40,400 nt of DNA from the NCBI GenBank assembly GCA_019237315.1, contig JAFAHG010000192.1, positions 1 through 40,400 of the forward strand, given 5' to 3'. Every line of letters starts with the position of its first letter. The first letter of the stretch is position 1. Positions 39,282-40,400 of this stretch are shown here, one piece after another. The translations under genes and the position numbers were made by a program. The notes beneath the pieces are model-generated. The model saw only the letters and a list, made by a program, of their open reading frames with translations. It searched no databases and was not told where the DNA came from. The stretch comes from Actinomycetota bacterium (lineage in GTDB: Bacteria; Actinomycetota; Thermoleophilia; Gaiellales; Gaiellaceae).

Positions 39282-40400
39282 ATGGCGGTCCTGGAACGGC
39301 ACAACGACCTGGTCGACGAGCTCATCGCCGAGGTCGAGGCGTACAAGCCCGATGCCGACCGGGAGCTCCTGACCCGCGCCTTCGAGTTCGCCGCGCGCGC
39401 CCATGAAGGGCAGCGCCGCCGCTCCGGCCAGGAGTTCATCCACCACCCGTGGGGCGCGGCGAAGATCCTCGCCGGCCTGCGCATGGACGAGGAGGCGCTC
39501 GCCGCCGCGCTCCTCCACGACACCGTCGAGGACACCGGCGTCGGCATCGAGGACATCCGCAACGAGTTCGGCAAGGACATCGCGGAGCTCGTCGAGGGCG
39601 TCACGAAGCTGACGCGCGTGCAGTTCCAGAGCCGCGAGCACGCGGAGGCGGAGAACTACCGCAAGCTCGTCGTCGCGATGGCGGGCGACGTCCGCGTGAT
39701 CCTGATCAAGCTCGCGGACCGCCTGCACAACATGCGCACGATCGAGTACATGGGCAAGCAGACCCAGGTTCGGAAGGCGAAGGAGACGCTCGAGGTGTAC
39801 GCGCCGCTCGCGCATCGCCTCGGCATCCATGCGCTCAAGTGGGAGCTCGAGGACCTCGCGTTCCAGACGCTGCACCCGCGCAAGTACGAGGAGATCAAGC
39901 AGATGGTCTCGGAGCGGCGCGCCGACCGCGAGGAGCACGTGCGCGAGGCGGCGCTCGTCCTGCAGCGCGAGCTCGACAAGGTCGACGTGCCCGCGGAGAT
40001 CTCCGGGCGCGCGAAGCACTTCTATTCCATCTACGACAAGATGGCGAAGAAGGGTCGCGAGTTCAACGAGATCTACGACCTGACGGCGATGCGCGTGATC
40101 GTCGAGCGCGACAGTGACGAGGGGACGCGCGACTGCTACGGCGCGCTCGGTCTCATCCATTCGTTGTGGAAGCCGATGCCGGGCCGGTTCAAGGACTACA
40201 TCGCGATGCCCAAGTTCAACGGCTACCGCGCACTGCACACGACCGTCATCGGGCCGCAGGGGCGGCCGCTCGAGATCCAGGTGCGGACGCGCGAGATGCA
40301 CGCGACCGCCGAATACGGTATCGCCGCGCACTGGCTCTACAAGCGGGGGCGGAAGGTCGCCGACGCGGAATGGGCGCAGTGGGTCGAGCAGCTCATGGAC
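39282..40400 (+). CDS. relA: bifunctional (p)ppGpp synthetase/hydrolase RelA/SpoT homologue (5' part; continues past window end)
   Basis: Hand translation gives MAVLERHNDLVDELIAEV... HD domain: HPWGAAKIL...LLHDTVEDT...IKLADRLHNMRT. Synthetase domain: GRAKHFYSIYDKM, DLTAMRVIV, YRALHTTV, EIQVRTREMH. Not in the track because it is open-ended. Confidence 0.9.
   Translation, partial: MAVLERHNDLVDELIAEVEAYKPDADRELLTRAFEFAARAHEGQRRRSGQEFIHHPWGAAKILAGLRMDEEALAAALLHDTVEDTGVGIEDIRNEFGKDIAELVEGVTKLTRVQFQSREHAEAENYRKLVVAMAGDVRVILIKLADRLHNMRTIEYMGKQTQVRKAKETLEVYAPLAHRLGIHALKWELEDLAFQTLHPRKYEEIKQMVSERRADREEHVREAALVLQRELDKVDVPAEISGRAKHFYSIYDKMAKKGREFNEIYDLTAMRVIVERDSDEGTRDCYGALGLIHSLWKPMPGRFKDYIAMPKFNGYRALHTTVIGPQGRPLEIQVRTREMHATAEYGIAAHWLYKRGRKVADAEWAQWVEQLMD

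Overview
This is a very GC-rich (about 70% G+C by eye), Actinomycetota-like chromosomal segment. Coding is dense on both strands, and many adjacent genes overlap by 4 nt (ATGA/GTGA/TTGA). I support about 50 CDS and 3 tRNAs (Trp-CCA, Gly-GCC, Cys-GCA). I saw no rRNA, CRISPR array, integrase or transposase.

The housekeeping backbone is pdxT-yebC-ruvC-ruvA-ruvB ... recJ-relA/spoT. It also includes an EF-G paralogue, RNase HI, a FliA/WhiG-type sigma factor, and metabolic genes: a carboxyltransferase, an aldolase/SDR fusion, an aldehyde dehydrogenase, an M19 dipeptidase, an aldo/keto reductase and an enoyl-CoA hydratase. Cell-envelope enzymes are an NlpC/P60 hydrolase, an L,D-transpeptidase and an SLT-like transglycosylase.

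The items most worth a second look are:
1. A five-gene chemosensory-like module (403-4767) that ends in an OmpR-type DNA-binding response regulator and starts with a CheB-type receiver lacking the methylesterase domain.
2. An FtsH-like AAA+/M41 protease (5679-8333) whose ATPase domain is interrupted by long insertions, including a predicted membrane hairpin. It is translationally coupled to an orphan single-pass membrane protein and sits 16 nt from a divergent Ste24-type M48 protease.
3. A 148-aa polycationic protein (13586-14032) made almost entirely of [ST]TARK pentapeptide repeats, which reiterates the histone H3 ARKS/TARKST motif.
4. A dispersed intergenic palindromic repeat family (GGGGTC[A/T]GACCCC +/- GACATGTC) at three loci.
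5. A recurrent TANNNT-N6/7-start-codon arrangement at about 14 genes, which argues for widespread leaderless transcription and helps fix ambiguous starts.

The many long Arg/Ala/Pro-rich ORFs in alternate or antisense frames are treated as GC-composition artefacts. All functional calls come from reading motifs by eye. No database search was run.
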